DNA of 64,000 bases from a virus: the IMG/VR virus record IMGVR_UViG_3300002835_000007, positions 25,748-89,747 of that record; one strand, 5' to 3'. Numbering within the stretch: position 1 is the first letter of the stretch; every line of letters begins with the position of its first letter. The position numbers were made by a program, and so were the translations under genes. Shown piece after piece: positions 27,972 through 37,226 of the stretch. The notes under the pieces are model-generated. The model was not told the origin of the DNA and made no database searches. It saw nothing but the letters and a program-made list of their open reading frames with translations.

Positions 27972-28318
27972 TGAAACAAATTGTTTTAAAATACTTAAAT
28001 GAAAATTATCTTATGACCCTTTCAACTTATGTTTCTTATAAGTTGAAGGACAAACATAAGAACGAAGATGTTTCATTAAAAGAGGTTTTAATTCAAATAG
28101 AAACCATTTTCGCATTAAATGAAGAAGAGCAGCGAATAATATTTGATGAATGGGCTGATTCAAAATCAGTTGAGTTAAATAACATCATTGTTGAAATTCA
28201 AGAAAAAATATACAGATTAACTGGTAAAGAAATATCTATTAACCCATCAGAAATGAATGGGTTAATAGATACACCAGATAATTTGGATAATTTCATTAGA
28301 AATTATATAGTTTTATAG
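27971..28318 (+). CDS. hypothetical protein
   Basis: 115 aa ORF; start overlaps the sigma factor stop. Confidence 0.45.
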   Translation: MKQIVLKYLNENYLMTLSTYVSYKLKDKHKNEDVSLKEVLIQIETIFALNEEEQRIIFDEWADSKSVELNNIIVEIQEKIYRLTGKEISINPSEMNGLIDTPDNLDNFIRNYIVL

Positions 28319-28347
28319 TTTTTGTAATATTTATAATAAAAAGAACT

Positions 28348-28731
28348 ATGAACAAGGAAGATATAAAAAAAATACTTAGAGAATCTATTTTTAGTTTAGG
28401 TGAAGCTGAAGAGCAATCACAAGGTGGTGATGATAAAGAAGTAGGACCTAAGAAAAAGAAAAAATTGGATGCTCAAGCTGTTGAGATTAAAAACAATGTC
28501 GGTCCAGGCAAGCCACTAAAATACACTCAAGTGTTAAGAGCTGCAAAGATTATAAAACCTGGTGATAGTGAAACTGATGTTGATACAAAGGTTAGTTTAT
28601 ACAGAAAAAAAATATTAAATAAGAGTGAAAAAATTGAAGGTAGTAAAGTAACTAGAAGTTTAAATCCTAAAGAAGCTGATAGTATTTACAAGGTAATTAA
28701 AAACCCAACTGCATTTAAAACTGCTGGTTAA
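28348..28731 (+). CDS. hypothetical basic protein
   Basis: 127 aa ORF followed by a strong terminator. Confidence 0.45.
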   Translation: MNKEDIKKILRESIFSLGEAEEQSQGGDDKEVGPKKKKKLDAQAVEIKNNVGPGKPLKYTQVLRAAKIIKPGDSETDVDTKVSLYRKKILNKSEKIEGSKVTRSLNPKEADSIYKVIKNPTAFKTAG

Positions 28732-28752
28732 TTATTAACCAGCAGTTTTTTT
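28719..28752 (+). terminator. rho-independent terminator
   Basis: AAACTGCTGGTTAATTATTAACCAGCAGTTTTTTT; the stem includes the stop codon of 28348..28731. Confidence 0.85.
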
Positions 28753-28772
28753 GTAAAAAAAATTAAAAAATA

Positions 28773-28804
28773 TTTGTTTTATTCTAGGTTTATCCATACA
28801 TTTG
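28773..28804 (+). promoter_or_regulatory. Bacteroidota-type promoter (TTTG / 20 nt / TACATTTG)
   Basis: TTTG 28773-28776; TACATTTG 28797-28804; ATG 28831. Confidence 0.55.
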
Positions 28805-28830
28805 TCATATAAATATTAAAACTAAAAGAT

Positions 28831-29484
28831 ATGGCAACTGAAATCAAGAAAATAGCAGAATTAGATTTTTCATCAACAATAACATTAGGTGTTATTGATA
28901 GAGATGAAGTCCTAAAAGAAATCTTTACAGATGAAATCAAATTACCTTTCTCAGTTTTATATAAACTATCAGAAGAAGGTCAGTTAAATGAACGCACACT
29001 TGAATTACTAACTGAAATCTTTGAAGGGTTAATCCTAACCAAAAAAGATTTGATTGACAAATACCTTAGAATCGCTAAAGCCAGCGACATAAATATTAGT
29101 TACCATAGAGAAGTCGAAATAGAGGTCGAAGAACCTAATTTAGAGGAAGAGGAAGAAGATAAAGTGGTTGTACCAACCATTGAGTCGCCAAAGCCAAAAA
29201 AGTCCGTTAAAAAGGAGAAAACTGGTAAAGAATTACCAAAGTGGTATGGTAAAGACAAAATCAACAAAGACATAGAAAGACAAGGTGGTAAACCAACCTC
29301 AGTGCAACGTGCAATGCTTAAATTAAACGATTTAAAGAACCTTTATTTTAATTTGAATACAAGGGGTATCAAAGATATGTTAGCTGATTCTAATACGTTA
29401 TCTGATGAAGATTGTCGTAAGATTGCTGCTGCTGTCACTACATTTGAAAGACAAATGGAAGATATTTTAAAAAATAAAAAATAA
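28831..29484 (+). CDS. hypothetical protein
   Basis: 217 aa ORF with its own promoter (28773-28804). Confidence 0.45.
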   Translation: MATEIKKIAELDFSSTITLGVIDRDEVLKEIFTDEIKLPFSVLYKLSEEGQLNERTLELLTEIFEGLILTKKDLIDKYLRIAKASDINISYHREVEIEVEEPNLEEEEEDKVVVPTIESPKPKKSVKKEKTGKELPKWYGKDKINKDIERQGGKPTSVQRAMLKLNDLKNLYFNLNTRGIKDMLADSNTLSDEDCRKIAAAVTTFERQMEDILKNKK

Positions 29485-29496
29485 TTTCATTGAAAG

Positions 29497-29528
29497 TTTG
29501 TATAATTAAAATATTATTTATACATTTG
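29497..29528 (+). promoter_or_regulatory. Bacteroidota-type promoter (TTTG / 20 nt / TACATTTG)
   Basis: TTTG 29497-29500; TACATTTG 29521-29528; ATG 29555. Confidence 0.55.
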
Positions 29529-29554
29529 TAATATAAATTTAAAAACCAGGAATT

Positions 29555-29788
29555 ATGTCAAATTCATTAAAAACACCAAAAGAGATGACGAGTGATATTT
29601 TATCATCGTTAAGAGACGAAAACAACCCATTAGCTATATTGATTGAGAGCTATTTGGAGAAATGCATCAAAGACCACGTTAGAGCTGCTAAAAACGAGTT
29701 AAAAGTTGGTATTTTACCTTTAATTGAAAACGAAAATGGTGAGTCTGTTATTTACGATGTTAAAACATTAAGTGAATTACTTGATTAA
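29555..29788 (+). CDS. hypothetical protein
   Basis: 77 aa ORF with its own promoter. Confidence 0.4.
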   Translation: MSNSLKTPKEMTSDILSSLRDENNPLAILIESYLEKCIKDHVRAAKNELKVGILPLIENENGESVIYDVKTLSELLD

Positions 29789-29840
29789 AAAATTTGTTTT
29801 TGTCAAAAAAAATCCGTACCTTTATTAAAAATTAATTATA

Positions 29841-30125
29841 ATGGATAAAATAAATAAAAAATTATTTGATTTAAATCAAGTTTATATGAAATTTTCACAT
29901 GGTGAAATTTGGAATAACTTAATCAAATTAAGAAACACTAGATTAGCATTTAATGAAATAATTAATGAAACTAATGATATTTTAGAGAAAAAAATATTAA
30001 AAGAACAATTAATTTATGTTATTAAAAACATAAGAACATTTGAAGATGCATTACTTTGTCATGAAACAAAGTTTACTGAAAAAAGAACATCGTTAGGTGA
30101 ATTAGGAATATTCATATTAAATTAA
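29841..30125 (+). CDS. hypothetical protein
   Basis: 94 aa ORF. Confidence 0.4.
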   Translation: MDKINKKLFDLNQVYMKFSHGEIWNNLIKLRNTRLAFNEIINETNDILEKKILKEQLIYVIKNIRTFEDALLCHETKFTEKRTSLGELGIFILN

Positions 30126-30132
30126 ATCAATC

Positions 30133-30552
30133 ATGAAAGGAATAAATTTTGTGCTACTTAATATATTAGCATTTACTGGTGGAATTATTGTTTCATCTAT
30201 TTTAATAACTAAATCAAATAGTTGGGTGTATACATCACCTATATTTTTAACAGCGTTAATTATTTTAATTATTAATTTAATTAAAACCAAACGTAGTGTT
30301 GCTAAAATAAACAACATAGAAAAAGTGAGAATTGAATATAATCAAAATGATGGTAATTTTCATTTCAATGATATAACTAATATTAAATTAGGTGTTGGTT
30401 ATAAATTAGTATGTCCAAATGTTAACTTAGATAAAGCAATTGAGTTTACTCATCATTTATCAAATAAGTTTGACGCATTCAACAGTGGTAATAAGCCTTA
30501 CCCAACATATTCAACAGTTTTAAAAGAATTTAATGATTTTGTTAGAAAATAA
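30133..30552 (+). CDS. hypothetical membrane protein
   Basis: 139 aa; two N-terminal TM helices. Confidence 0.45.
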   Translation: MKGINFVLLNILAFTGGIIVSSILITKSNSWVYTSPIFLTALIILIINLIKTKRSVAKINNIEKVRIEYNQNDGNFHFNDITNIKLGVGYKLVCPNVNLDKAIEFTHHLSNKFDAFNSGNKPYPTYSTVLKEFNDFVRK

Positions 30553-30630
30553 TAGTTTATTAAAATTATCATTTAGTTAATTATTAACTTAAAAACAAAA
30601 ATAATTTAATATTTATATATAAAAGAAACT

Positions 30631-31131
30631 ATGAGCGAAGATATAAGAAAAATGATTGATAAAGTTAAGAACTTTAAACAATTTGTAAATGAAAATTTAG
30701 AATTAACAAAATTCATAAATCTAAGTGAAAATGACATTGAAACCATGATTGATAAACATACAGAATTAGATGAATATCAATTTGATAATTCTAAAAATGC
30801 ATTATTAAATTTACAAAAAGTTTTAAAAACAAATACTAATCTTAAATTATATAGAGTTTTATCTGTAGCAAATATAGATGATATTAATACTAATGAACTT
30901 GGTAATCACTACACATTATCGTTGGATAATTTAGATGATGTCACTTTATTTGATATAGGTATTAATAAAGATGATAAATTATATTCTGTAGAAATAACTT
31001 CACCAATTAATAATATTGATGTTGAAGAAACTATAGATGCTAATATAAATTATCCTTTTGAACAAGAAATTTTTTTAAAAAGTTATGATAATATTAAAAT
31101 AATAACTGTATCACCATTTAAAAATGTTTAA
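30631..31131 (+). CDS. hypothetical protein
   Basis: 166 aa ORF. Confidence 0.45.
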   Translation: MSEDIRKMIDKVKNFKQFVNENLELTKFINLSENDIETMIDKHTELDEYQFDNSKNALLNLQKVLKTNTNLKLYRVLSVANIDDINTNELGNHYTLSLDNLDDVTLFDIGINKDDKLYSVEITSPINNIDVEETIDANINYPFEQEIFLKSYDNIKIITVSPFKNV

Positions 31132-31239
31132 AAGTTAATGAATAATTTATTTTAGATAAAATTGAAATTTGTCCATTTTAAATTAGGAATATCTAAATAA
31201 GATTCTTACATTTGTCAAATCTAATTAAAACTTTATATC

Positions 31240-31545
31240 ATGTCAAGAAAGAAAAAAACATTTGATGTATTAGCATTTAAAGAATACGTCAACATTCAAC
31301 TAGCAAGAACTGATGAACATGCAACAGAAGACTTTAAATGTGGTTTGTCTGTCGCTTTGGGAGAAGTGTTGCATCGTACTGGTAACTATAATGGGTTTAC
31401 CCATTTGTATTGGAACGAAATTGGTTGGCAAGAGTGGAGAACTATTGGTAAAGAAACCGAAGTTTGGGAAGAAAAGAAATTGTTTATCTACGGAACACCA
31501 GACAGCAAATATAAAGGAAGTAGATACGCTTTAAGATATTATTAA
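31240..31545 (+). CDS. hypothetical protein
   Basis: 101 aa ORF. Confidence 0.45.
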   Translation: MSRKKKTFDVLAFKEYVNIQLARTDEHATEDFKCGLSVALGEVLHRTGNYNGFTHLYWNEIGWQEWRTIGKETEVWEEKKLFIYGTPDSKYKGSRYALRYY

Positions 31546-31618
31546 TGATAATAGGGGACGCTGAAAACCTAGACAGAGTAGGCAAATAATAAAAGTTAAA
31601 TAAAAAAAAAAGAAAAAA

Positions 31619-32401
31619 ATGAGAAAAGTTTTAGGATTAGTAATGTTAGTAGTTGTATTAGCATCATGTTCAAGAGTGGAACCAAATTATGAAGGTATCC
31701 TTATGGAAAATTATGGTAGAAATGGAAAGTCTGATTTCCATATTGTTACTGGTAAACAATGGACAATGGCTCCAGGTACGCAATTGTATCAAGTGCCTAT
31801 GTTTGAGGCAAGTGGTGATGCAGAAGCTGTTAATATTAGTGCTTTGGATGCTGGTCAGTTCTCTGTAGACCCAGTTTATCAATACCAACCATTACGAGGA
31901 AAAGGTATTGACATCGTGTTCAACTATAAACACTTGGGTGTTGATGAACCAGAAGTTATGTTGAATAATGTTGAAGCAAGTATTTTAAATCGATTAGTAG
32001 TTAATGCATATAGAGAAGAAGCACGTAATTATACTACTGATAGTCTTATGACAAACTTGAATAAATTTGAAGCTCAAGTACAAGCAAGACTTAAACGTGA
32101 GTTTGCTGAGAAATATTTTGATTTGAATGAAGTTACATCTGGGTTAACACCTCCAGAGTCTATGAGAAAAGCTATCGAAACTCGTAACAACGCAATTCAA
32201 GAAGCTAACACAGTTCAGAATGAGTTAAGAGTATCTAAGATGAAGTTAGAGAAAGCAAAGATTGACGCTGAAGCAAACAAAATACGTTCAGTTGGTTTGA
32301 CTAAGGAAGTGTTAACTAAACAATGGATTGAAGCAGTTCGTTATTCTAAGAACAAAGTTATTATCACTGATGGTAAAACACCAATGATTTATAATAACTA
32401 A
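31619..32401 (+). CDS. putative lipoprotein
   Basis: 260 aa; lipoprotein signal peptide with lipobox (LVMLVVVLASCS). Confidence 0.5.
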   Translation: MRKVLGLVMLVVVLASCSRVEPNYEGILMENYGRNGKSDFHIVTGKQWTMAPGTQLYQVPMFEASGDAEAVNISALDAGQFSVDPVYQYQPLRGKGIDIVFNYKHLGVDEPEVMLNNVEASILNRLVVNAYREEARNYTTDSLMTNLNKFEAQVQARLKREFAEKYFDLNEVTSGLTPPESMRKAIETRNNAIQEANTVQNELRVSKMKLEKAKIDAEANKIRSVGLTKEVLTKQWIEAVRYSKNKVIITDGKTPMIYNN

Positions 32402-32577
32402 TGAGAAATACCATAACAAAAATGCTAGGATTTATACTTATGAACCTAGCATTTGTTTGGATTCATAGAGTATGTTTCCAATTCGAACCAATCATGGCTT
32501 TAATAAGTGTATTAATACACATATTAATATTAATTTATTTCCCTTACAAAGGATTAAAACCAAAAGAGGATTAATTT
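32401..32577 (+). CDS. small hydrophobic protein (58 aa, below track threshold)
   Basis: ATG overlaps the previous stop (TAATG). MRNTITKMLGFILMNLAFVWIHRVCF...; followed by terminator 32564-32592. Confidence 0.3.
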
Positions 32578-32592
32578 CCTCTTTTTTTTTTT
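32564..32592 (+). terminator. rho-independent terminator
   Basis: AAGAGGATTAATTTCCTCTT followed by T10. Confidence 0.85.
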
Positions 32593-32600
32593 ACAAAAAG

Positions 32601-32632
32601 TTTGCATAATTAAAAAACATTAACTACATTTG
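32601..32632 (+). promoter_or_regulatory. Bacteroidota-type promoter (TTTG / 20 nt / TACATTTG)
   Basis: Follows terminator 32564-32592; TTTG 32601-32604; TACATTTG 32625-32632; ATG 32656. Confidence 0.55.
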
Positions 32633-32655
32633 TATTATAAATAAAAATAATAGTT

Positions 32656-32883
32656 ATGGAAACAACATTTAACAACAGAGTATTGAATAATGACATTAGA
32701 GAACTTATGTCTAATTTAGAGAATTTTGAATTCTCAGTAGGTAAAGTTAGCGGCAACTCAATTGAAGTATACGATAAAAGTAATCAATCACAAGGTAGTT
32801 ATGTTTATAATAAAAACATTAAACACAGAGATGAAGATTATAATACTTTATTAGAAGTTATCGAAAATAATTTGGTTAATTAA
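32656..32883 (+). CDS. hypothetical protein
   Basis: 75 aa ORF. Confidence 0.4.
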   Translation: METTFNNRVLNNDIRELMSNLENFEFSVGKVSGNSIEVYDKSNQSQGSYVYNKNIKHRDEDYNTLLEVIENNLVN

Positions 32884-32902
32884 AAAATTTTACATACATT
32901 TG
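32871..32902 (+). promoter_or_regulatory. Bacteroidota-type promoter; -7 box ends 4 nt before ATG 32907 (leaderless candidate)
   Basis: TTTG 32871-32874; TACATTTG 32895-32902. Confidence 0.55.
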
Positions 32903-32906
32903 TACT

Positions 32907-33377
32907 ATGAATATATTTGTTTTAGATACCGACCCAAGAACATGTGCTGTTTATCACAATGACAAGCACGTTGTTAAAATGATACTTGAGACAGCACAGT
33001 TATTATGTGGTGTACATCATGCGACTGATAGTCAATATGACATACCATACAAGTTATCACATAAAAATCATCCATGTGCTATTTGGGCTCGTGAGTGTTA
33101 TGAGAATTACATTTGGTTATGTGATTTAGGTTTAGAATTGTGTGCTGAATACACATATCGTTATGGTAAACGTCACAAATCAGAAGACATCATTGAATGG
33201 TGCTTGCTGCATAAACCAAACATACCAGAGAAAGGTGATATTACACCATTTGCATTGGCAATGCCAGACGAATGCAAGGTAGGTGATGCAGTTGCATCAT
33301 ACAGAGCATACTATATGGTAGAGAAACGTGGGTTTGCTGTATGGAAGAATAGAGAAGTACCACAATGGTTTAATTAA
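32907..33377 (+). CDS. hypothetical protein
   Basis: 156 aa; Cys/His-rich; -7 box ends 4 nt before the ATG. Confidence 0.45.
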   Translation: MNIFVLDTDPRTCAVYHNDKHVVKMILETAQLLCGVHHATDSQYDIPYKLSHKNHPCAIWARECYENYIWLCDLGLELCAEYTYRYGKRHKSEDIIEWCLLHKPNIPEKGDITPFALAMPDECKVGDAVASYRAYYMVEKRGFAVWKNREVPQWFN

Positions 33378-33387
33378 AAATAGAATA

Positions 33388-33582
33388 ATGAATGATATAT
33401 TTTACGTTATTTTTATTGCATTGTTCACATTATTGGGTGCTTGGTATGCACCTAAAATGACATTGGCAATGTATTTGTTTGGTATTGGTTTAACTCCAAT
33501 AGCTATTGTTGTTATGATTATGAGTCTTATGACTGAAATAACAATAAAATTTGATAAAAAAGATTTGGATAATCTAAATTAA
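33388..33582 (+). CDS. small membrane protein
   Basis: The track ORF 33328 starts inside the previous gene; ATG at 33388 (MNDIFYVIFIALFTLLGAWY...). Confidence 0.4.
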   Translation: MNDIFYVIFIALFTLLGAWYAPKMTLAMYLFGIGLTPIAIVVMIMSLMTEITIKFDKKDLDNLN

Positions 33583-33621
33583 TTTTATACCTTTGTATTA
33601 TAAATTTTAAAACTAAAAAAA

Positions 33622-33942
33622 ATGGAAGCGAAAATTTTTAAATTCGAAAAAGAAAAGAATAATAAATGGTACATTGTGTTACCAGAATGGCAAGGCGACA
33701 AAGAAGAACTAGAAATGGTTGCTGGTGCTGACAAATTGTTAGATATCTTATCTAACAAAACAAACGAAGTTGATGTTAAGTTTGGTGCAGAACCATTTGA
33801 TGGTTGCAACACATTAACGCATGATAGCAACGGTAACTATTTGAACGATGCTGAACATGGACCTAACAAGGTTTGGTTATGCCACGTTACTAAGTTCGTT
33901 TTTGGTGATTACCCAGATAACATTTATTACTCTAAAAACTAA
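33622..33942 (+). CDS. hypothetical protein
   Basis: 106 aa ORF. Confidence 0.45.
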   Translation: MEAKIFKFEKEKNNKWYIVLPEWQGDKEELEMVAGADKLLDILSNKTNEVDVKFGAEPFDGCNTLTHDSNGNYLNDAEHGPNKVWLCHVTKFVFGDYPDNIYYSKN

Positions 33943-33946
33943 AATT

Positions 33947-34117
33947 ATGAAAAAATATCTAATTAGTTCGTTTGTTTGGTACCTTATTTTATCTTTTGGT
34001 ATGTTTGTAATCTGGTTGTTAACTGGTATAACTGGTCTTATTTTAATCAGAGTTATTGTGTCATTGATACTAGGTTATTTTAAACCAATACAAAATTTAA
34101 ATTTACCTTTTAAATAA
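33947..34117 (+). CDS. small membrane protein (56 aa)
   Basis: Track ORF 33848..34117 lies almost entirely inside the previous gene in another frame. I started at the ATG at 33947, just after the upstream stop (MKKYLISSFVWYLILSF...). Confidence 0.35.
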   Translation: MKKYLISSFVWYLILSFGMFVIWLLTGITGLILIRVIVSLILGYFKPIQNLNLPFK

Positions 34118-34118
34118 A

Positions 34119-34370
34119 ATGGAAAAATATAGAATTATATCAGAGAATCCTAGTGATGTAACAAAAACTGAATGGTTCATTCAACGCAAAAAGTTTTGGG
34201 GTTGGAGAACTATTGAAGTAAATGAAAACAATAGGTCAACAGAATTATCTTTTGGTTCATTGGGTGAAGCTGAATTCTATATGTATAAAAATTATTTCAG
34301 AGATGGGTGGGTTTATCAACCAACACCTAACGAATATCGGTATGAACGTAACACTTATTATGGTTATTAA
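34119..34370 (+). CDS. hypothetical protein
   Basis: 83 aa ORF. Confidence 0.4.
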   Translation: MEKYRIISENPSDVTKTEWFIQRKKFWGWRTIEVNENNRSTELSFGSLGEAEFYMYKNYFRDGWVYQPTPNEYRYERNTYYGY

Positions 34371-34372
34371 TT

Positions 34373-34666
34373 ATGAAGACATTAAACGTAAACGGTAGAG
34401 AATTTCAATATGAAGTTGAAACTTATATGGGGGAGTTTGGTACTTTCGAAGAAACTGTATTTTATGAGGGTTTTAAAACTTATAGTAGAAAGAGATATTT
34501 TTTATTTGGTGATATGATAACCATATCAAAACCAATATGGGTTTTTACTATCCATTGTAATATTGAAAGTGAAGGATATACTAAATCTGAAATCAAAGAA
34601 AAAATAGATAGACAGATACAATTGTTGGAACGTAAAAAACAAATAGAAAATGGAGAAATCATTTAA
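34373..34666 (+). CDS. hypothetical protein
   Basis: 97 aa ORF. Confidence 0.4.
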   Translation: MKTLNVNGREFQYEVETYMGEFGTFEETVFYEGFKTYSRKRYFLFGDMITISKPIWVFTIHCNIESEGYTKSEIKEKIDRQIQLLERKKQIENGEII

Positions 34667-34943
34667 CTTTGAAACACTGGAAGAACGTTATTTAAAACAA
34701 ATGGCTAACTCCATTACAGTTTCAGTGGAAGACTTAACAGACAACGAAAGAACTCTTATAAGAGAATCTTTTGATTTGTTTGAAGCAAAATTGGAAGAGA
34801 TTAAAACGCTGCAAGATGATGTTAAACGTTTGTCAATTGATTTAGCTAACATCAAAGTGATGCATGAGGATGCTTATAAACCTAGACATAAAGATGATTA
34901 TGATGATAGTACATTTGATTCACACGACTTAGATTATAAATAA
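34650..34943 (+). CDS. hypothetical acidic protein
   Basis: 97 aa ORF. Confidence 0.4.
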   Translation: MEKSFNFETLEERYLKQMANSITVSVEDLTDNERTLIRESFDLFEAKLEEIKTLQDDVKRLSIDLANIKVMHEDAYKPRHKDDYDDSTFDSHDLDYK

Positions 34944-34944
34944 T

Positions 34945-35262
34945 ATGGAAAATTTTAAAGAAGAAAATTTTTTTGAAAGAATATCTAATTCATTTAAAAA
35001 GAAATTAGTATTAAAAATAGGTCAATTAGGTGTTTATCACGATAAGTTAGCGTTTTACACTGAGAACGATGGGTCTGATGTCATTAAGCATAATATTTAT
35101 GTAAAGATAAAGATTGTGGAGGTATACGACCAACTGGTTGAAATTGAAGTATTGGATTTTACTATATCAGATTCAGCTAGTCAAGACATAATAAACTTAG
35201 TTAAAAACAACATGCCTAAATATGTTAATCCAAGAATAGTTAGGTGGCAAAAATTAGATTAA
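34945..35262 (+). CDS. hypothetical protein
   Basis: 105 aa ORF. Confidence 0.4.
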   Translation: MENFKEENFFERISNSFKKKLVLKIGQLGVYHDKLAFYTENDGSDVIKHNIYVKIKIVEVYDQLVEIEVLDFTISDSASQDIINLVKNNMPKYVNPRIVRWQKLD

Positions 35263-35348
35263 TATGGTAGCAATTGGCATTATAACATTGATTGGTTTCT
35301 CATTGGTAGCATGGTGGATTATTGATGGTGAACGTAAACTTAGAAAAA

Positions 35349-35651
35349 ATGATTAACTGGGAACATTATGAATTCAATGATGAACAAGAAGTTCAGATTA
35401 TTGATGGAGATAAAACTTTTACATTGAAAGTTAAACTAATCGAATATGAATGGTCGCTGCACAGAGAACCTTATCTTGCAGACTTAAAGGTTATTGATAC
35501 TACCAATGAAGAAGAATATCCATTAGAAAGCATAATGCGTTTGCCAATAGAAACAAAAGATTATGTTAATTTCTTATTGTTTGCACCAACTGATAAAGCA
35601 CCTGGACGTGAGTTAAAAAGAAAAGGTAACATTACATTGTTAAACTTATGA
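35349..35651 (+). CDS. hypothetical protein
   Basis: Track start 35322 is a TTG. The ATG at 35349 follows a 31-aa TM mini-ORF (35264..35359). Confidence 0.4.
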   Translation: MINWEHYEFNDEQEVQIIDGDKTFTLKVKLIEYEWSLHREPYLADLKVIDTTNEEEYPLESIMRLPIETKDYVNFLLFAPTDKAPGRELKRKGNITLLNL

Positions 35652-35998
35652 TTAAACAAGAAGCAACTTACTATGATAACTATAACATTAAAACATCTTC
35701 AGAATATAATGAAGGTGTTTTAGTTGCTTATGCAAAATACAACGAGAAAGGTAATGTAATCTTAAATAATGTTATTGATGAATACGAAGAAAGATTTGAG
35801 TATGATAAGAAAAATAGATTGGTAAGATGGTCTTGTATTTATTCTACAAAAGAAAATTCATGGAAAACATTTTCTTATTCAAAAGATAAAATGACAATTC
35901 TACATAGAAGGATAGGAAACCCACCAGTTATACATAAAATGGTATTTGGACCAGAAGAAAACGGTATGCGAGATATGATTTCTGAAAAATTTCTATAA
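35648..35998 (+). CDS. hypothetical protein, member of a 3-copy paralogue family (MORN/YwqK-like repeats?)
   Basis: 116 aa; the N-terminus MIKQEATYYDNYNIK... is shared with 38627..39271 and 50953..51330. Confidence 0.45.
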   Translation: MIKQEATYYDNYNIKTSSEYNEGVLVAYAKYNEKGNVILNNVIDEYEERFEYDKKNRLVRWSCIYSTKENSWKTFSYSKDKMTILHRRIGNPPVIHKMVFGPEENGMRDMISEKFL

Positions 35999-36003
35999 TT
36001 TTA

Positions 36004-36035
36004 TTTGGTGGATTAAAAAAGAATTTGTACATTTG
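36004..36035 (+). promoter_or_regulatory. Bacteroidota-type promoter (TTTG / 20 nt / TACATTTG)
   Basis: TTTG 36004-36007; TACATTTG 36028-36035; ATG 36052. Confidence 0.55.
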
Positions 36036-36051
36036 TTAAAAATAAAACAAT

Positions 36052-36420
36052 ATGAAAAAGGTTTCAATTAAAACTGGTATGTTAGCCACAGATTTAGGTT
36101 ATCGTGACTCTAATGATATGTGGTTGTTTAAAACAGAAAAGGGTAGTTTGTATGGTACTAACACTAGAGGTGGTATCAGTGGCAAAGAAAAGACATTCAA
36201 ACAACCTACTCAAACTGAATTACAATCATGGTTAAGAAAGAAAGGTATCGATGTATATGCTATCCCAACAACTTATGAAGGTGATAAGACATATGCAGCA
36301 GTGTTGCATACTGGAGATAAAATGGAGTATGTTAAGACTGGTGTTAAATCATATGAAAAAGCAATTGAGTTAGGTTTGAAGGACGCATTACTAATCTTAA
36401 AACAAAAGAAAAATGGATAA
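36052..36420 (+). CDS. hypothetical protein
   Basis: 122 aa ORF with its own promoter. Confidence 0.45.
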   Translation: MKKVSIKTGMLATDLGYRDSNDMWLFKTEKGSLYGTNTRGGISGKEKTFKQPTQTELQSWLRKKGIDVYAIPTTYEGDKTYAAVLHTGDKMEYVKTGVKSYEKAIELGLKDALLILKQKKNG

Positions 36421-36634
36421 TAGTAGAAGAATAGTATTTGTTGTGATTTTTATAGTGGCAGTACTCACGTTACTTGGTATTGTTAGTAAATCACATAGAC
36501 AGAATAATATTGTAATCAGAACAGCAACACAAGAATTTATTGTTAATGATTATTATCAAGATGAAAATTGTATTGAGTTTAATTATGATGGTGAATTGAG
36601 AACCATTTGTGGTGACTACGAAATAATAGAATGA
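36413..36634 (+). CDS. small membrane protein
   Basis: 73 aa; N-terminal TM helix. Confidence 0.4.
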   Translation: MDNSRRIVFVVIFIVAVLTLLGIVSKSHRQNNIVIRTATQEFIVNDYYQDENCIEFNYDGELRTICGDYEIIE

Positions 36635-36855
36635 GTAGGTGTGATGAATGGAATGGGACATATGGTCACATTGCTAATTACCTTATAGACAAAAAAGGTA
36701 TGCCAGATAGAAAAGCATTTGCTGCCGCTAAAACATTGGTGTATAAATACACTGATTCAGTTAAGTTCAAAGGTTCTTTCAGCGACAGAGTTATGTATGT
36801 CAGAAAGAATTATAGTAGTTTTATGAATTATTTAAATAATAATTTGGTTGTTTAA
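36631..36855 (+). CDS. hypothetical protein
   Basis: 74 aa ORF. Confidence 0.4.
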   Translation: MSRCDEWNGTYGHIANYLIDKKGMPDRKAFAAAKTLVYKYTDSVKFKGSFSDRVMYVRKNYSSFMNYLNNNLVV

Positions 36856-36874
36856 ATTATTATTAGTACATTTG
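36843..36874 (+). promoter_or_regulatory. Bacteroidota-type promoter; -7 box ends 4 nt before ATG 36879 (leaderless candidate)
   Basis: TTTG 36843-36846; TACATTTG 36867-36874. Confidence 0.55.
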
Positions 36875-36878
36875 TTTT

Positions 36879-37211
36879 ATGAAAAGATTTATAATTTTAT
36901 TGTTTTTAATTTCAACGAATTTTTCTTTTACTCAAGTATCAAAAGGAAAAATAATTGACAGCGTATATTCTTATGTTAAAATAACAAAGATTGATGAAGG
37001 TAAGTATACTAAAATCGAAGGTATAGGAAAATACAAAGACAAAGATATCACAGTTTACAATAATTGGTATGAACCACTTTGGCCAATATACAGTTTAAGT
37101 GTAGGAATATATATTTATCGTAAGATTTATATTGTAAAAGAAACAAAAAATGGTAAAACGATAAAATTTGGAAGAACTAATTATATTGATTTTATAGTTC
37201 CAGCAGAATAA
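36879..37211 (+). CDS. secreted hypothetical protein
   Basis: 110 aa; N-terminal signal peptide (MKRFIILLFLISTNFSF). The -7 box ends 4 nt before the ATG. Confidence 0.45.
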   Translation: MKRFIILLFLISTNFSFTQVSKGKIIDSVYSYVKITKIDEGKYTKIEGIGKYKDKDITVYNNWYEPLWPIYSLSVGIYIYRKIYIVKETKNGKTIKFGRTNYIDFIVPAE

Positions 37212-37226
37212 TTAAAAATAAATTTT

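Noticed and set aside
32907-33377. Assigning 32907-33377 (MNIFVLDTDPRTCAVYHNDKHV...) to a DNA glycosylase or endonuclease family
   Set aside because: There is a vague resemblance only, and I could not recall a definite family. I left it as hypothetical.
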